64,000 bases of DNA from positions 53,508,001-53,572,000 of the forward strand of contig NC_087436.1 in the NCBI RefSeq assembly GCF_036321535.1, in the 5' to 3' direction. The notes beneath the pieces were generated by a model that saw only the letters and a list, made by a program, of their open reading frames with translations, did not search any database and was not told the origin of the DNA. Below, one piece after another: positions 15,643-30,143 of this stretch; position 1 is the stretch's first letter; every line of letters begins with the position of its first letter. Source of the DNA: Camelus dromedarius. Taxonomy: Eukaryota. The position numbers were made by a program, and so were the translations under genes.

Positions 15643-16189
15643 AAAAGTCTTCTAGTTGTAGATGAAAATGTGAACTGTTCTCATCACTTTCTAGGACAGA
15701 CTGCAAGCTCCCTGCTCCACAGTCATTCTCCCCTTTCCTTAACAGCCACAGAACTCATCTGGAGGAGACTTGTGATGTCCCAGCTAAAACACTTCCAGCC
15801 ACCTTGATGGTGGCCATGTGGCCATCTGGCCAACAAAATGTAAGCCCTGTTGTTGGATGGGGCTTCTGGAAAGCTTCTGAGCAAAGCAGCACCTATTTCC
15901 TACTATGCCCTTTCCCTGCTCCAAACCCCGACATGTCACCTGAAGTGAAGCCCCAATCTTGTGACCACAAGGCGACAGGCACACCCCAAGAAGCTCAGGT
16001 CCCTAATGACTTTGTGGAGCTGCTATTCCAGTCTCAACATGTATACTCTCAGCCTCCTCATCATAGAAAAAATAAGAGAGACATTATTAAAAAAAAAAAA
16101 CTGCATGTCTTTAGTTTTTATAAGAGTACTGGTTAGAAACTGCACTGAATTATGAGGTACAAAAACTCAAAAACAGTGGGAGTTCATAA

Positions 16190-16385
16190 TAGGGAAATTA
16201 TCCTGGATTGTCTAGATTGGCCTTAAATGCCATCATTTAGAGCCTCTGGAGGAAGCAAGGCTATCACCTTGATTTAGGCTCAATGAAACTGATTTTGGGC
16301 TTCTGGCCTCCAGAAATGTAAATGGATACCTTTTAAGCCACTCAGTTTGGGGGACTGGTTATGGCAGCCACAGGAAACTAACACA
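16190..16385 (+). mobile_element. MaLR LTR fragment (MLT1-like)
   Basis: gggaaattatcctggatt..ttctggcctccagaa..aagccactcagtttgggggactggttatggcagccacaggaaactaacaca. Confidence 0.7.
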
Positions 16386-17299
16386 GCAACTGGCAAGACA
16401 TCAGGGCACACCAGAAAAATGAGTCCAATCACTACACTGAAACAGGGTGAGAGACTGATTAATTACAATCCTTCCAAAGCTTTATCCACTTACATGTACT
16501 TATTTATGGAGTCAACTCTGAAATTATTCACTGTAATTTTTAAATGGGGTAACCAAAGGCACACGACTTACTTTAAGAAACCTAACCTCCGTCAGCAATT
16601 TCAACCTCTTCTCTTCCTCCCCTCTCCAAACTATTCTTCCTTATGGGTATGATTGGCAAAAGTGGCGAGACAGACTGGAGCTTACTCATTTTCCTCCTTC
16701 CAGTCCAGCCTACAGCAGAGATGTCCATGCAGGAAGACTGTCAGCAAGGAAAAGGGCATGGATGGAAGGAAGAGAGTGAAGAGCAGGTCGGAGAACCCCA
16801 ATTTGAGCCAGCCAGGCCCAGAGGCAGAACCCCAGCATGGGACATGTGAGGCGCACGCAGCTCTTCATCACTGCCAGGCCTTAACTGCAGTGTTTCCTTA
16901 ACCCCAGGCACACTATCGTCATTCCAGTTATGCTTGGTACAACTTTCAATTCATTTTTATTATGCCAGTTTAGAATAAATCAACTGAACGCCTGCTAACG
17001 AGAGCTGAGAATGGCTCAAGTGGCTTACACGACTCCTAGGTACTGACAGAGTCAGTACCCCAGCACCGCTGTGAACAGTCTTCCCTGAAAACACTGAAGG
17101 CAGATCCGGGGCCCTGCACGCAACATCCCCCCACAGCCCCATCCAAAATCCTAAACTGCTCCAAGCACCAGCATAGTCCACACCCTCAGCCTAGCTATCC
17201 CTTTTCCTGCCATCACTGAAATCAGGACATAAAGAAGCAGAAGACTATGAAAAAAGTAAATATATATATACAAAAAAGTAAAAATATATATATATATAT

Positions 17300-18300
17300 C
17301 AGCAACAATACAGAGACTTCTGGACAGAACGGGGTTAACACAGATGAACTTTTAGATACTCCTTGACTTTACAAGGCTATGATTCTATTTTATAAGTAAT
17401 TATGGAAGAGATTATAAGTTCTTATAAAATTTTCTAAATGACAGTAGAAATGAATATTTCAATATAAAGTTAGGAAAATCTCCCCCAAAAGTAGAGCAAA
17501 GTGACAAAAAATTTTAAAATAAAGAGATGGTATTTTGAAACAATGGATTAAACCAAGTCTAAAAGCTGAATCATAAAGTTTCAGAAAGCAAATAGAGAGG
17601 ACAGATCAAAGAACTTAAAGTTTTCCATAACTGAAAAACAGTAGTTGCCAGACTGAAAAGAGTCCCCAAAGGACAAAAATCAACTTGCCCAAGGCATACA
17701 ATACGAAAGTTCATAATACTGGGAACAAAAGAGAAATCCAATAAGCTTCCAGAGAAATGGGAGGGAGACAGTATGCAAAGGATTATGAATCCCAAAGGTA
17801 TCAGACTTTTCAACAACACTGAGAGCTAAAAGAAAATGGAGCAGTAACATAAAAACTCTGAGAAAACAATTTCTGAACTAGAATTCTATACCTGCCAAAC
17901 TGGAAATGAAGTATCAGTACATATAAAGACATTTTCAGATATGCAGAATCCTAAAAATCTCTCTCTCATACAATCTTTCTCAAGAAGCTACTGGAGGAGA
18001 TATTACATAAGACGTGAGAATAAACCAAGGAAGAGAAAGGTGTGATACAGACGAGACAGAGACGTAAAGAGACGCCTGAAGAGCGATGTAAGGGTGGGTG
18101 CTATGAAGCAAGCCAAGGGGGCAAGTTTTGGCTGGAGAATTCCAAAAGACACATTTCCAGGATAAAACTCATTAAATGCCACATGTCTTTAAAAGTATTG
18201 AGAGTTCTATACAATTATGGAAGAGTTTGGGAATCAATCAGTAAATGACGTAAGGAAACTGTGATGAGAACAGGAAATAGGAAAGAGGGAAGGAGAGTTA
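17300..18300 (+). mobile_element. Ancient L1/HAL1 ORF1-like remnant
   Basis: ccagactgaaaagagtccc..atcagacttttcaacaacactgagagctaaaagaaaatggagc..tagaattctatacctgccaaact. Confidence 0.6.
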
Positions 18301-18962
18301 AAAGTTAAAAGCACTGGACTAGGTATGCGAAATAATTTAAATAACCAAAAATTATCTCAATTATAGACATTTTACCTTTGTGACTTTGAGACAATAAACA
18401 TAAATTCAATCAAGAAACATAATTGTGAGTTAAGATTCCATACGACAAAATTTTTTTAAAACATATATACCCATTGCTAAATAAACTCCTTTTAAGAAGT
18501 TTAAATATGATTAAATTAGCTTCCAAAAAAACAAGTTAATGTTAAAAGAAAAACACAGAATTTTAAAACTAGGAGAAATTGACAATTTTCTAGAAGACGA
18601 AATTTGCCAAGCAGCCAGTCTCCCACTCAACAGCAACTCGACTGTCATATATCTTATGTAATTGATAATTTTTTTAACGCTACTATATTAATGTAACCCA
18701 ACACAGATAGCAGTTTTTAAAATGAATTTTACATTCTACAGACAATGTAATAATCTAAAATGCTTGCTCAGGAACATATATATCTTGTATGTCCAGATAT
18801 TCAAATGCAATTTGAGACTGGAAAGTGAACATCTTTAATGTTTAATGATACCATCTAGGTTGAGTATTCATTTCACTGTATCAATTCCTGTAGTATGATA
18901 CTTAACTTTTTTAGATCTCTGAATCCTTTGAGAATCTTGGGAATGTAATCATTCCCCTCCAC

Positions 18963-18979
18963 GGGGGGGGGGGGGGGGG
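18963..18979. repeat. Poly-G run (17 nt)
   Basis: Direct read. Confidence 0.9.
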
Positions 18980-19406
18980 AACATATCCATGCACATATAA
19001 ACATGTGCATATAATTCTATTCATTCATTCATTCATACAAATACAGAGTGCAAATTAAGACCACAACACTGTGCTATATGTTGGGCATTCAGCAGTGAAC
19101 AATATAAGCCCATTCCACACAAATATTATACGGCTAATTACACAATTAACTACACAGTTTAAGTCATAAGGGCAAAAAAATAAATACAATGCTATGAGGA
19201 GAGGTAAAGACACAGGCAAGGGTCAGATCATGTTAAAGATTCTGGTCTAATGACAAGAGAAAGCCATTAAAGGGTTTTAAATGAAGGAACAGCTTGATAA
19301 AGACTTGAGTTCATGGCATCCCTGATCTCTACCCACAAACCCAAAATGAAAACTCCGTTAATACACAGGATAGTCTTGAAGAACTGCATAAAACTGATTT
19401 TTAATA

Positions 19407-20398
19407 CAAGCAGTTCTTGCTTTGCATAGTAGTGGGGAACCATAAAAACCACCATACAAGCTGTTACCATAAAAAGCAGTCTTCATAATCAACAAGGAAA
19501 ATTACAATTGTTTCATGACGTTTAAAACTTTTTGTCAAAACATTAAAAACTCTCTTACTCTTAGGTTATACAGAAAATTGGGGGGGGGTAAAAACTAGTA
19601 TTTGTTTAGTATACTGTAATTTAAAACATTAGAAATATTGAAAATTAAGGTATTTTATTTCTTTGTTTAAAAATTTACCAAGACTACTTTGAACACGTGT
19701 GCCGCTTCTCACTGGATAGCTTAGAAAACAGAGTGAGCATCTTTTTTTAGGCTCGGCAAATTGTCATTACTCCTTCCTCGGTCTGGAACAGCTTCCAAAT
19801 TTTATCCTTTGAACTTTTAATATCTCTGGGAATTCTTTCAATGTAAAGTTTTTTGTTGGTGTCACTTCCCCTGCGACACCATCATTCTTTCCATCAAAGC
19901 CATCTTCCTCTTTTATGTCAACAGGTCTGTCTCTGAGTTCCTCTGGTTGCATGCCTAGAGTTTCCAGAATGGTGGGCAATGTCAACAGCATTCCCATTGT
20001 CAGCTATTTCTCCTACAACTCCATTTATGCTCTATTTAGATTGCACTTCCAGCATTATCTAGCATTTCTTTCCTGCACTTTCATCTTTGTTATTCAATTA
20101 CCCACTTTTGTAAAATGTCACCTAAATTTATCACTGGGAAACAAGAAAGCAATGCCATTAGGCTCTGCTGTCTGCAAGAGACCTGAGGGGCAGTTGCACA
20201 GTGACCAATTGCTGACAGGCTTTGAAAGAAGTGGAGGGATTGGTTATGATCAGGATGCACACCTGTGATTTATATAGGGCTGAAGAGCTAGCAGTAAAGT
20301 CTGTACTTCATGTCATTTGTGTTGTTGGGAGACTGGTTTTCACTGATTTGCAGTAACTAAATGCATGCATATCAAAACTGCAAAATAAGATCTGCCTT
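19407..20398 (-). mobile_element. TcMar-Tigger DNA transposon with decayed transposase C-terminal segment
   Basis: Imperfect inverted ends TA|CAAGCAGTTCTTGCTTTGCA and TGCAAAATAAGATCTGCCTT|TA; minus-strand peptide ETLGMQPEEL..EVTPTKNFTLKE resembles a Tigger/pogo acidic tail. Confidence 0.7.
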
Positions 20399-21399
20399 TA
20401 TATAGTTGGCAACCTGATACAACCTATTTATAAAACTTTTCTAAATAGGTTATGTGAACAAAATACTTCTGCATAACCCAGCATCTTTTTTTACCCTCAC
20501 AGAAGCTGACGCATATTTCCTTAAATAAAATATCTCTATCCCAACTGATTCATTTAGAGAACACAGAAGTTTACATACCAGTTTAAATCAAGAAAGGGAG
20601 GGGGAATGAACCATCAGAGAAGAGAGGTAAAAGCATTTAAAATGTGACAAAAAATTAGTATTTTCACCTAATTTTTAATACCAAAAAAAAATCACTGCTT
20701 ATTTGCTACTAAGGATAATTCATAATTTATAAAGGGTTTCTACGTAGGGACAACTCAAAACTCCCATGGCTTTCTAAAACATTCAAACTCAAAATTAAAT
20801 TAAGGGCAATAGCAAAATCATGGACTTTGAAGTCAGACCTGCATCCCAGCTTGGTCACTTCCTAGCAGTAAGACACAGGAAAAAAATCTTAGTATCTCTA
20901 AGTACCACTTTCCTCAACTGTAGCGTAGGGAAAACAACCATGTAAAATGTATGGTCAATAATAAGTACTCAAATCTAATTATTAACAATTTTATTATTTT
21001 TGAAAGAAATTTACATTTTAAATTTTAAAAGACAATGCACTCAAATATCATTAACATGTGTGTCAAACCTGTCCTGAATTATTAGCTTATGAAAACTTAA
21101 TGGCGACTATGCAGCTAGGGATTACTGTGGGCTTTGTAGCTTACTAGCATCACTGCCCCAGAATCCACACATTGTGGGAGAGGGTGCAAGAATTGGGAAG
21201 AACCTAAAGTTTAAACACACCCTCCAGCCAAAACAGACTATCACAGGCCACTGGCTCACGGTGAGCACAATCTGTGACCAATGCTTGGCCAAATTCTAAG
21301 CTATGAAGACACAAAGGCAAACCTTAGGAAGCCAGGCTTTAAAAAAAAAAAAAAAAAAATAACTAAAAAAAATTGAGCAGAGACATCAGTAGTCAGACT

Positions 21400-23620
21400 G
21401 CTACGGGGACAAAAGTCACAGATTCACACATCTAGTCCAACTATAAAATCTGAACAGAATGTATGAAGCAGCCATTTGAGGACTCTGAAAAGTAAAAGTA
21501 GCAGGCAGACTGGGGAAGGCCAAAAAGTGACACATCACTGAACTGGTGATGAGTTTACCATCTCCCAACCCCAAATCACCAGGAGCAACATGGAAGCGAC
21601 CACCAGGGCACAAACATAGAGCAGTCCCCAAGTCCTCTAATTCTGTCTTAAGGAACAGGAAAAGGAACTCCTAGTGCTCAGAGCACAACATTCACCTTCT
21701 TTTTTCTTTTCTGTCCTGTCCCAACCCCAGACTCCAAGTGAACCTGAGATGCCAACCCACAACATGAGCTTGTAGAAGCCAAAGCTGTAAGGAAGAGGCA
21801 TCTCCTCTCTGATCAGTAAAGCTGTGGTCTGGAGATGATGGGGCCAAAGCCCATTATTTTCTCTTCTGTCCTCCTGTCATCTGGCTCAGACACAGGCATA
21901 GTCATAAAGTGTGCAGCAAAGCAGGTAACTAAGACCACAGCTTTCTGGCCAGAGGACCAAAAGTACCAGGAAGGAGCTCCAGAAAGTGACCCTGTCAAGC
22001 TGTTCATGACACAAATGACTGATGCTTGTGAGAACAGAACTTGTGAGAACAGAACACCGTCCAGGTCTCAGGAACAGATCTGAATAGCACTGAGAAGGTT
22101 TTGAAAACTGAACTGACGCTGACAAAGAAGGCAGGGTAGAATTTACAGGTTGAATCTAACCAGATTAACTGCCTGTTAAAACAAAAATATCAATAGTTTC
22201 CATAATATTTAAACAACACTCAAGATCTCATAATGTAATATTCAAAATCTCCAGGATACAATCTAAAATTTTTCAGCATATAAAGAACCAAGACAACTTC
22301 AACTCACAAGGGAAGTGAATCAACAGACTCCAATGCTAAGATGACACCAAACTTGGCATAACTGACACAGACTTTAAACCAGCTATTATTAAAATGCTCC
22401 AACAAGCAACCAAGAACACTCTTAAACCAAAGGAAAAAAAAGAAAATCTTCAAAAAGGAAAGAATATATACAGAGAAACCAAATAAAAATTTTAAAACTG
22501 AAAAATACGTAAGTCAAAATAAAAAACTAATTGGACGTACTCAATAGTATAATGGAGATGACAAAGGAAAGATTCAGTGACGTAAAAGACCAAAAGAAAT
22601 TAACCCACTAGAACACAGAAAAGATTTTTTAAAAAAGTGAACAGAGCCTCAGGACCTATACGACAACAACAAAGAAAATTAATTACTAAGGGTAATGAGG
22701 AAAATCACATAATGAATTTTTTAAAAGGTCAATTAACTAAGATGATATAACAGTCTAAACTGTATATATCTAACAACAGAGCTTCAAAATACATGAAACA
22801 GAAAACAGAAGTGCAAGGAGAAAGAGAAAAATCCACAATACAGTTGGAAAGAAAAATCAACATCCACTCATGATTTAAAAAAACTCTCATTAAACAAGGA
22901 GAATTTCCTCAACTTGATAAAGATCATCTACAAAAAGTCTACATTTTATATCATATTTAATGTGAAAGACACAATGATTTTCCCTAAGATCAAGAACCAG
23001 ACAAGGATGTCATATTTCAACATCACACTAGAAGTCTTACAATGCAATAAGGCAAGAAAAACATAAGATGCGTACAGACCAGAAAAGAAGAAATAAAACT
23101 GTCCCCATTCAAAGCTGACATAATTATCTATATTAAAATACCGAGGGAAAAAACTTCCAGACTAAAATATCAGTTTAGCAAGGTCACAAACACAAGGTCA
23201 ACACAGAAAAACCCACCAAATTTCTACATACTAGCCACGTGCTAATTGGAAAATTACACAAACTAATACCATTTACAATTACTAAATTGTGACCCAGTTT
23301 AAAAAAATAGTTCAAGTTTAACAAAACACATACAAGAGCTGGATGCTGAAAACAAAGAAACCATGATAAAAGAAATCAAGTAAAATCAAAATAGAGAGAG
23401 ATCCTGTGCTCAGGGATTAGAAGACTAAATATAGGAAAGATGTCAATTCTTCCCAAATCCATTTATAAGCTTCAAGAAATTCCAGTCAAAATCCGAAAAG
23501 GACTTCTTTTTTAACATAGAAAAGGATGATTCCAAAATTTATATGAAAAGGCAAACAAACTAGCTAAAACAATTTTGAAAAAGAATAAACTTGAAGGAAT
23601 CTTACACTGTTTCTATTTCT
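21400..23620 (+). mobile_element. Old L1 with 5' region, ORF1 and deleted ORF2 remnants
   Basis: ORF1-like gactttaaaccagctattattaaaatgctcc, agtgaacagagcctcaggacc; ORF2-like ttccctaagatcaagaaccagacaaggatgtc, gatgtcaattcttcccaaa. Confidence 0.75.
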
Positions 23621-23960
23621 ATTCTTAAAATAATATTATGAACTGGTGTTGAATCTTATCAAATACATTTTAAGCATCTATAGAAGCAATTTTTTGTAGA
23701 GATATAAATCACTGTAAGTATGTTAATTCTCTTACCAGTAATAATTTTTTCTTTATTAGACACTATAATAAACCATGTTATCAAGAATATTTCTTATTGA
23801 ATTCTGTTGAATAATACACTGATTAAGAGATGTACCATGTACCTTGAAAACTCCCTAGGATACACAGCAAACTGTTAAAAGCAATCATAGAGAACTAGAG
23901 ATAAATTTGGGGAGAAGGTATCCATAACTTTAAATTCTACAACTAACATGAACTATCTTT

Positions 23961-24050
23961 GTTGTTGTTGTTGTTAATGGAGGTTCTGGGGATCGAACCC
24001 AGGACCTCGTGCACGCTAAGCATGCACTCTACCACTGGGCTATACCCTCC
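23961..24050 (-). mobile_element. Vic-1-type SINE, short form (tRNA-Ala-AGC-like body + (AAC)n tail)
   Basis: Reverse complement GGAGGGTATAGCCCAGTGGTAGAGTGCATGCTTAGCGTGCACGAGGTCCTGGGTTCGATCCCCAGAACCTCCA. Confidence 0.9.
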
Positions 24051-25729
24051 AAATTATCCTTTTTAATAAACAAAAAAATAATATTACTATAATAAAACAA
24101 TTTCTAAGATTTTTTTAGAATTAAATAAAACACGTACACAGAAAAATACTCAGTATCAAAACTACGCTGAATAGAATTTAACCATCCTGATGCATCAGCA
24201 GCTCCCAGAAAGGACTTTACATAAACAGAATGATTTTATTAACTTTAAACTGTACTACTGAAAAGTTTCAAATGCTAAGCAAGTCATTCCACTAGGTTAC
24301 TAGTCCTTCATGCTGGTAAAATGCAATCTGTAAATAATGAAAATAAGCAAACCTTGCCAGCATATTATACAGCAAGATTTTTTAACCCCTCCTGGAGGGT
24401 TACAAGCAAGTCAAGTCCTTTCTCCCTCATTTTCAAGTAAAGAAAACAAAATAAAACAAAAACTACCTACTTACTGAAGACCTAGTAGACATAAGGTAGA
24501 GGAAGGAATACAGTGACATTAAAAAGTTCAGGAAAATGTCATTTTAAGAAGATACAACAAGCCTAGTTTGTAAGTTCCAAAGATACTGAGACTAGCAAAC
24601 ACACTGCCACACTGTAGTTCCACAACTCTAACACCTGGTTGTTTTTATCTTAAAACTTTCAATAAATAGGTTTAACAGTTGCTAAAATGAATCAATTAAT
24701 ATTAAATGACTACTCAATATACAAAAAGCATTCCTGAATTTGAAAGTACCTATTTTGGGTCCAAACTAAGGTATTCCATGTAAAACTGCTATTTAATAGC
24801 TTCTACTATTATTGAGATATATATATACCTATATATATCTAACTCTAAAGTAACACCAGAATTATTTCTACAACTAAGGGATATAAAATACAAAACTGCC
24901 ACACATATGTGGTTTTAATTAGAAACAAATGCTTTATAACCCTAGAAAGGAAAATATTTTCCCTAAATGTTATTTTTCAAGGAAATTTTCCATGAAATAC
25001 ATAGCAAGATGCAGCAGTCAGGGGATGATACACCAGAGAAGATAAAGGAAAACCCCGGAAGATGTGAAATGATGCCCTCCCCATTCTCCCCGCCCCCCCC
25101 CCAAAAAACAGAGATAGAGATCAACTAATCCATGTTGGAGAGGTCAGAAGACTGTAGAAGAGAATCTTCAAGAACATGAAACCAAGTGGTAGAACACCAA
25201 GTATGTTTAAATATAGTAAGAAAAGGCTTACAAAAATCAAAGGAAGGGTTGGGGTAATTAAAGTACAAAAAACTAAGTAAAGGAGTCACACAGGAAAGGA
25301 AAAGTGACCATAAAGTAATCAATTGATAGTAACTCCTAACACCAACATAGTGCCTAGTGGGTGCTAGTCTCCATTCTAATCACTTTACACATGTTAACTC
25401 CTAACGACCCCATGAGGAAGGTACTACTTACACAGTACTCATTTTACAGATGCAAAAAGCTGAGACATGCAGAAGTTAAATGACTTCCCCAAGGTCACAA
25501 AGCTATTAAGTGGCAAGCAGACTACAAGACTCTGCAGTCAAAATTGCTTACAAGTCAGAAGACAGGCATATGGCAGATGAGAGTGTAATAACTAACCCCT
25601 CCTCCTTCATTCCAGGAAGCCCAGAGAGAAGGCCTAAAACCACACTCAAAACAATATAATCATGTTCTTTAGAGACAGAGAATTCAATACCAAAATAATT
25701 TGTTTTAAATGGTGAAAGATTAAATAACT

Positions 25730-25984
25730 TCTGTGGATATAATGTACAACATGATGACTATAGTTAACAACACTGTTTTGACTATTTGAAAGTTGCTTAA
25801 GAGTAAATCTTAAAAAGTTCTCACCACAAAGGGAAAAAATTGTAACTATGTGAGGTGATGGATGTTAACTAAACTTGTGGTGACCATTTCACAATATACT
25901 GTATCTAATCATTATGTCGTTTTCCTTAAACTTATATAAAACTTATATATATGTCAATTATTTCTCAATAAAACTGGGGGAAAA
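25730..25984 (+). mobile_element. L1MA-type 3' end
   Basis: gtacaacatgatgactatagttaacaacactg..tgtaactatgtgaggtgatggatgttaac..tctcaataaaactgg. Confidence 0.75.
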
Positions 25985-26625
25985 TGTTGAAAGAAATACC
26001 TAGTATAGGGTGTAAGGATTATAGAATATTTTGACTCTAAGCCATGTGCATTTCTTTTAAAGAATCCAAGCCATATTTTAAAAATAATAATTAGTATAAT
26101 CTCTAAAATGTACTGTGTATATATATTAAGGTTCCTTTTCCACAGCCAGTATTTTAAGTTGAACACTATTTTCCAGCTGCATGAAGACTCCACCCAAAAG
26201 ACAAATTTTCTCATTCTGAGTTAAGGCACCTTGTCACTTGAAGAGGAGATTATACCAATTAATACAACATTAAGGCAATGTATTTATACTTTGCTGCGCA
26301 CAGTGCGAATGGACAAGTTACTCTTTGCCCCACAACTAAGTAGCCCCCACAGTGGCCAAAACACACATCCCACCTCTTTCAGTCTCTTCCATGGGGGACA
26401 TCACCTTATGGTGGACAGAGTGGCATCAAGAAAAATGATCATTTTTTTTTTCCACATCAAACTCATACCGTTCCTAATGTTGTCGTCAGTGACCACCTCT
26501 TACTGTGAGTAAGTCTACACATTCACCATTACCTGTTGATTGCTCCTAGTTTTTCCACTCAGAAGGTAATGTTATTTACAATATGGCAACATCCAGAAAC
26601 CCAAACATCAAATCTTCCTGAATTT

Positions 26626-26762
26626 TTTTTTCTTTTGCAGGGGTAGAGGGGGATTAGGTTTACTTACTTATTTATCTTTTTGATGGAGGTACCTGGGATT
26701 GAACCCAGGACCTCGAGCATGCTAGCTAGGCATGCATTCTACCACTGACCTACACCCTCCCC
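26626..26762 (-). mobile_element. Vic-1-type SINE
   Basis: Perfect TSD tcaaatcttcctgaattt at 26608-26625 and 26763-26780. Confidence 0.92.
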
Positions 26763-27501
26763 TCAAATCTTCCTGAATTTTAAATAAACAAAAACTTTTC
26801 GATTCTAACTGCAAATGCTTGCCATCTGGAGTGTATCTCAGTAGGTTCGAAAAGTTTTTCCTTTTACTCCTACTGACCACAGTACTCTTGTAAAAAGAAA
26901 TCTAGAGCAATCTTCTGTACTTAAAACAGAAAAAAAGGGCTGCTCTGACTCAGACAGGAGCAGGGACCAATTCCTGTGACCAATTCTATACATATCTTAC
27001 CTTTCAAAGCAATTAAGCTTAAATAATCAGATGCTCTCCTCTCCTCCAGTCAAACCTTACCTTCTTTCAAGAGTTTAGAAGATGACAATAACGAATTTTA
27101 AATACTACCTTCTTTGTAAAACTATTCCTGTTCCACAGTGGGAAATGACACTTGTTCTAATAAACCTTCTAGCAATTACTGCCTCTACTATTCACTTTAT
27201 CTATTTCATTGTGATCTCTCCTATTGATTCAATTTTCTGGTAAATTCTGAACAAACTAAAAGCAATATAAATTTTTTTTAAAGGAACCATATTTTAAAAG
27301 CCTTCTCCTTTGTCACTTCATGGTAGAAAGAGTACGAGGCCTAAGATAACGTGTAAAGGCCAACATCTAAGTATTGGTACACACCTTAAGTTAAGGTACA
27401 TACCTTAAGTATTCATGGAAAATTGTTTTCTATTTATACCTATTCTGAAAAGTCACACACTATGGAGCAGTTACCAAGATTTAAAAATAACCCCCCCTTA
27501 A

Positions 27502-27634
27502 AGTAAACCTATAATGCAAAAGAATATGAAAACAAATATACGTATGTATATATATGACTGAACTATTATGCTGTACATGAAAAATTGACACATTTTAAAC
27601 TGACTATACTTCAATAAAAAAATAAATAAATAAA
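27502..27634 (+). mobile_element. Truncated young L1 3' end
   Basis: cctataatgcaaaagaatatgaaaac..actgactatacttcaataaaaa. Confidence 0.8.
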
Positions 27635-28736
27635 TTATAATCCCTTTTGATTCTACTTCAGCAAAAAACACTTTCAACAAGATTATGAATGTCCCCCTAG
27701 AAAAGCAGAACATGCTTTACATTTTTCAGACTATTTGGTATTCTCAAGAAGCTTACAGTACACAGATTGACTCTATACCACATCAATTCTTCTCCCAACC
27801 ATATTCAATGTAGCCATCATCAGCATTCTGAAATTCATCACAGTCACTGAAAAGTAGCTGTTCAAATAAATAAACTGCCTTGTATTTTCCTCACAGGATT
27901 TCAGACTGCATTATACTCGGTTCATGAAACTTACATCAAATCCCAGCTTTTTAATAAGAGGACTAACAGGATTATACTCATTAAATAAAGTGAGGAACTG
28001 TTTCATGAAACAGCTTACTTAGCCAAAGGATTGTATTTTAAAATATCTGGAAATTCGAGTAAATCAAGGAACCAAAATACTCATAATAAACACCTCTCAC
28101 CTACAGAAAGACACCTACCTACCTCTTACTTGCTGAGGCCATGAAGCAAGTCTTCAAAAATCACTGATGGCATCAGGAACATTCTTGTATATCCATCTGA
28201 ATGGTGTTCCTTCCCTGGACCACAATCTCTTTCTTTTTCTTCTCCCATTCATTTCCCGACTAGGACTACTCAAAACCCTGAGTGACTTCTTATTCTCCAC
28301 ACACTGAAGAATCAACCCCTGACTCTGACCTGGGCAATCTTCCCCTCCTTATCTCTGAAAAATGTACCAACGACCTGACTAGACTGAGAGTCCCCCAGAG
28401 AACACAACACTCTCCTTTCCCTTGCATGACCTGGTGTAGCTGCTCCTGACACTCACCTTTCCCTCTGTGTCGTCAGGTCTATGACAAATGCTATCTTCTC
28501 CACAGTATCCACCCCACACCCCACCCCACGCCTAATGGGGCACATGTACTCACTGATACTCCTTTGAGAGCACTCTGTCTCACTGCCCTGCTCTTCACCT
28601 ACTTAAGTGCCAAAGCACTGTCTATTGATTACCACCCACAACTAGTAGGTAAAGCCTGAGTTTTCACCCCAGGAGAACATACTTTTTTCTTTAGCACCAA
28701 CAGATATCTTATCAGTTTTAAGGGCTGACATGGGGT

Positions 28737-28816
28737 AGCGTGGTTCTCAGTACTGAATACATACTAGAATCACCTGGAAAGCGTCTCTTTAAAAATACTC
28801 AAGCTGTTCTCCACCT
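28737..28816. mobile_element. MER5A-like hAT-Charlie fragment
   Basis: agcgtggttctcag..tagaatcacctggaaagc..ttaaaaatact. Confidence 0.55.
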
Positions 28817-28912
28817 CAAATTAAGTAGAATGGTGGTTTTCAGGGCAAGGAGGGAGCAAAGGAGAGTTGTTTAATGGGTAGTTTCAGTTTTGCAAGATTA
28901 AAAAAAGCTCTG

Positions 28913-29500
28913 ACACCTGCACCCCAATGTTCATAGCAGCACTATTTACAATAGCCAAAACATGGAAACAGCCTAAATGTCCATCAACAGGTGACTGGAT
29001 AAAGAAGATGTGGTATATTTATACAATGGAACACTACTCAGCCATAAAAACCGACAACATAAGGGTGCCATTTGCAGCAACATGGATGCTCCTGGAGAAT
29101 GTCATTCTAAGTGAAGTAAGCCAGAAAGAGAAAGAAAAATACCATATGAGATCGCTCATATGTGGAATCTAAGAAACAAAAACAAAAACAAACAAACAAA
29201 CAAACAAAAACAAAGCGTAAATACAGGACAGAAATAGACTCATAGACAGAGAATACAGACTTGTGGTTGCCAGGGGGGTGGAGGGTGGGAAGGGATAGAC
29301 TGGGATTTCAAAATTGTAGAATAGATAAACAAGATTACACTGTATATCACAGGGAAATATACACAAAATGTTATGATAACTCACAGAGAAAAAATGTGAC
29401 AATGAGTGTGTATATGTCCATGAATGACTGAAAAATTGTGCTGAACACTGGAATTTGACATGACATTGTAAAATGATTATAAATCAATAAAAAATGTTAA
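28913..29500 (+). mobile_element. Young 5'-truncated L1 (ORF2 C-terminus + 3'UTR) nested in an older L1MB-like 3' end
   Basis: Open ORF2 end MFIAALFTIAKTWKQPKCPS..LICGI; TSD aaaaaagctctg / aaaaaagttctg; host element resumes at about 29513. Confidence 0.92.
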
Positions 29501-29923
29501 AAAAAAGTTCTGGAGATATGTCCTACAACAATGTAAATATAATAAACACTACTGAACTGTACCCTTAAAAATGTTTAAGACGGTAATGTCTCTGTGTTTT
29601 TTACCATAATAAGAAAGAAGAAATTCATTTTTTAAGAAATAAGTTACAAAACTGTATAGCTGTATATAATACAGAGCAATGATCCCATTTCTGTTTTGAA
29701 AAGATAAAAACAGCTAGTAATTCAAAGTGTACCACATACCAAGGCACTAATTTAGGCACTCCCTATGTATTAATGCTGTTAACCCTCACAACTCTTTAAG
29801 AGGTAGGTACTATTACTTCCCATTTTACAGTTGAGAAAACTGAAGCACAGAGAGATTAATTAACATGTAAAAAAAACCCACAGCTAATTAGCAGCAAAGA
29901 CAAGTTTTAAGCGAAGGCCCTTT

Positions 29924-30143
29924 TGAAACAAATTGGTGGTTACCAGTGGGGAAGGGGAGGAGGCCATACAGGGGTGGAGGAGAGGGAGGTACAAACAACT
30001 GGGTGTACGACTGGCTCAAGGATGTACTGTAAAATACAGGGAATATAGCCAGTATTTTGTAATAACTGTTAAGTGGAAAGTAACCTTAAAAAATTGTATT
30101 TAAAGTAAAAAAAAAACAAAAAACAGAAAAAATTTAAAAAATA
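29924..30143 (+). mobile_element. Truncated L1 3' end inserted into a MIR
   Basis: gtggttaccagtggggaagggg..cagggaatatagccagtattttgtaataact; flanked by aggccctttt / aggccctttc. Confidence 0.75.

Noticed and set aside
19767..20268. ORFs within the Tigger element as an active transposase
   Set aside because: Only a short, frameshifted C-terminal remnant; no DDE domain seen.
22025..22054. 15-bp perfect tandem duplication (cttgtgagaacagaa x2)
   Set aside because: Ordinary slippage duplication inside an old L1.
23977..24050. Apparent tRNA-Ala(AGC) gene (and similar copies elsewhere)
   Set aside because: Stem mismatches, A-rich tails, TSDs and nine dispersed copies indicate SINEs, not functional tRNA genes.
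26338..26358. CTCF-like motif TGGCCACTGTGGGGGCTA (minus strand)
   Set aside because: Mismatches at key core positions.
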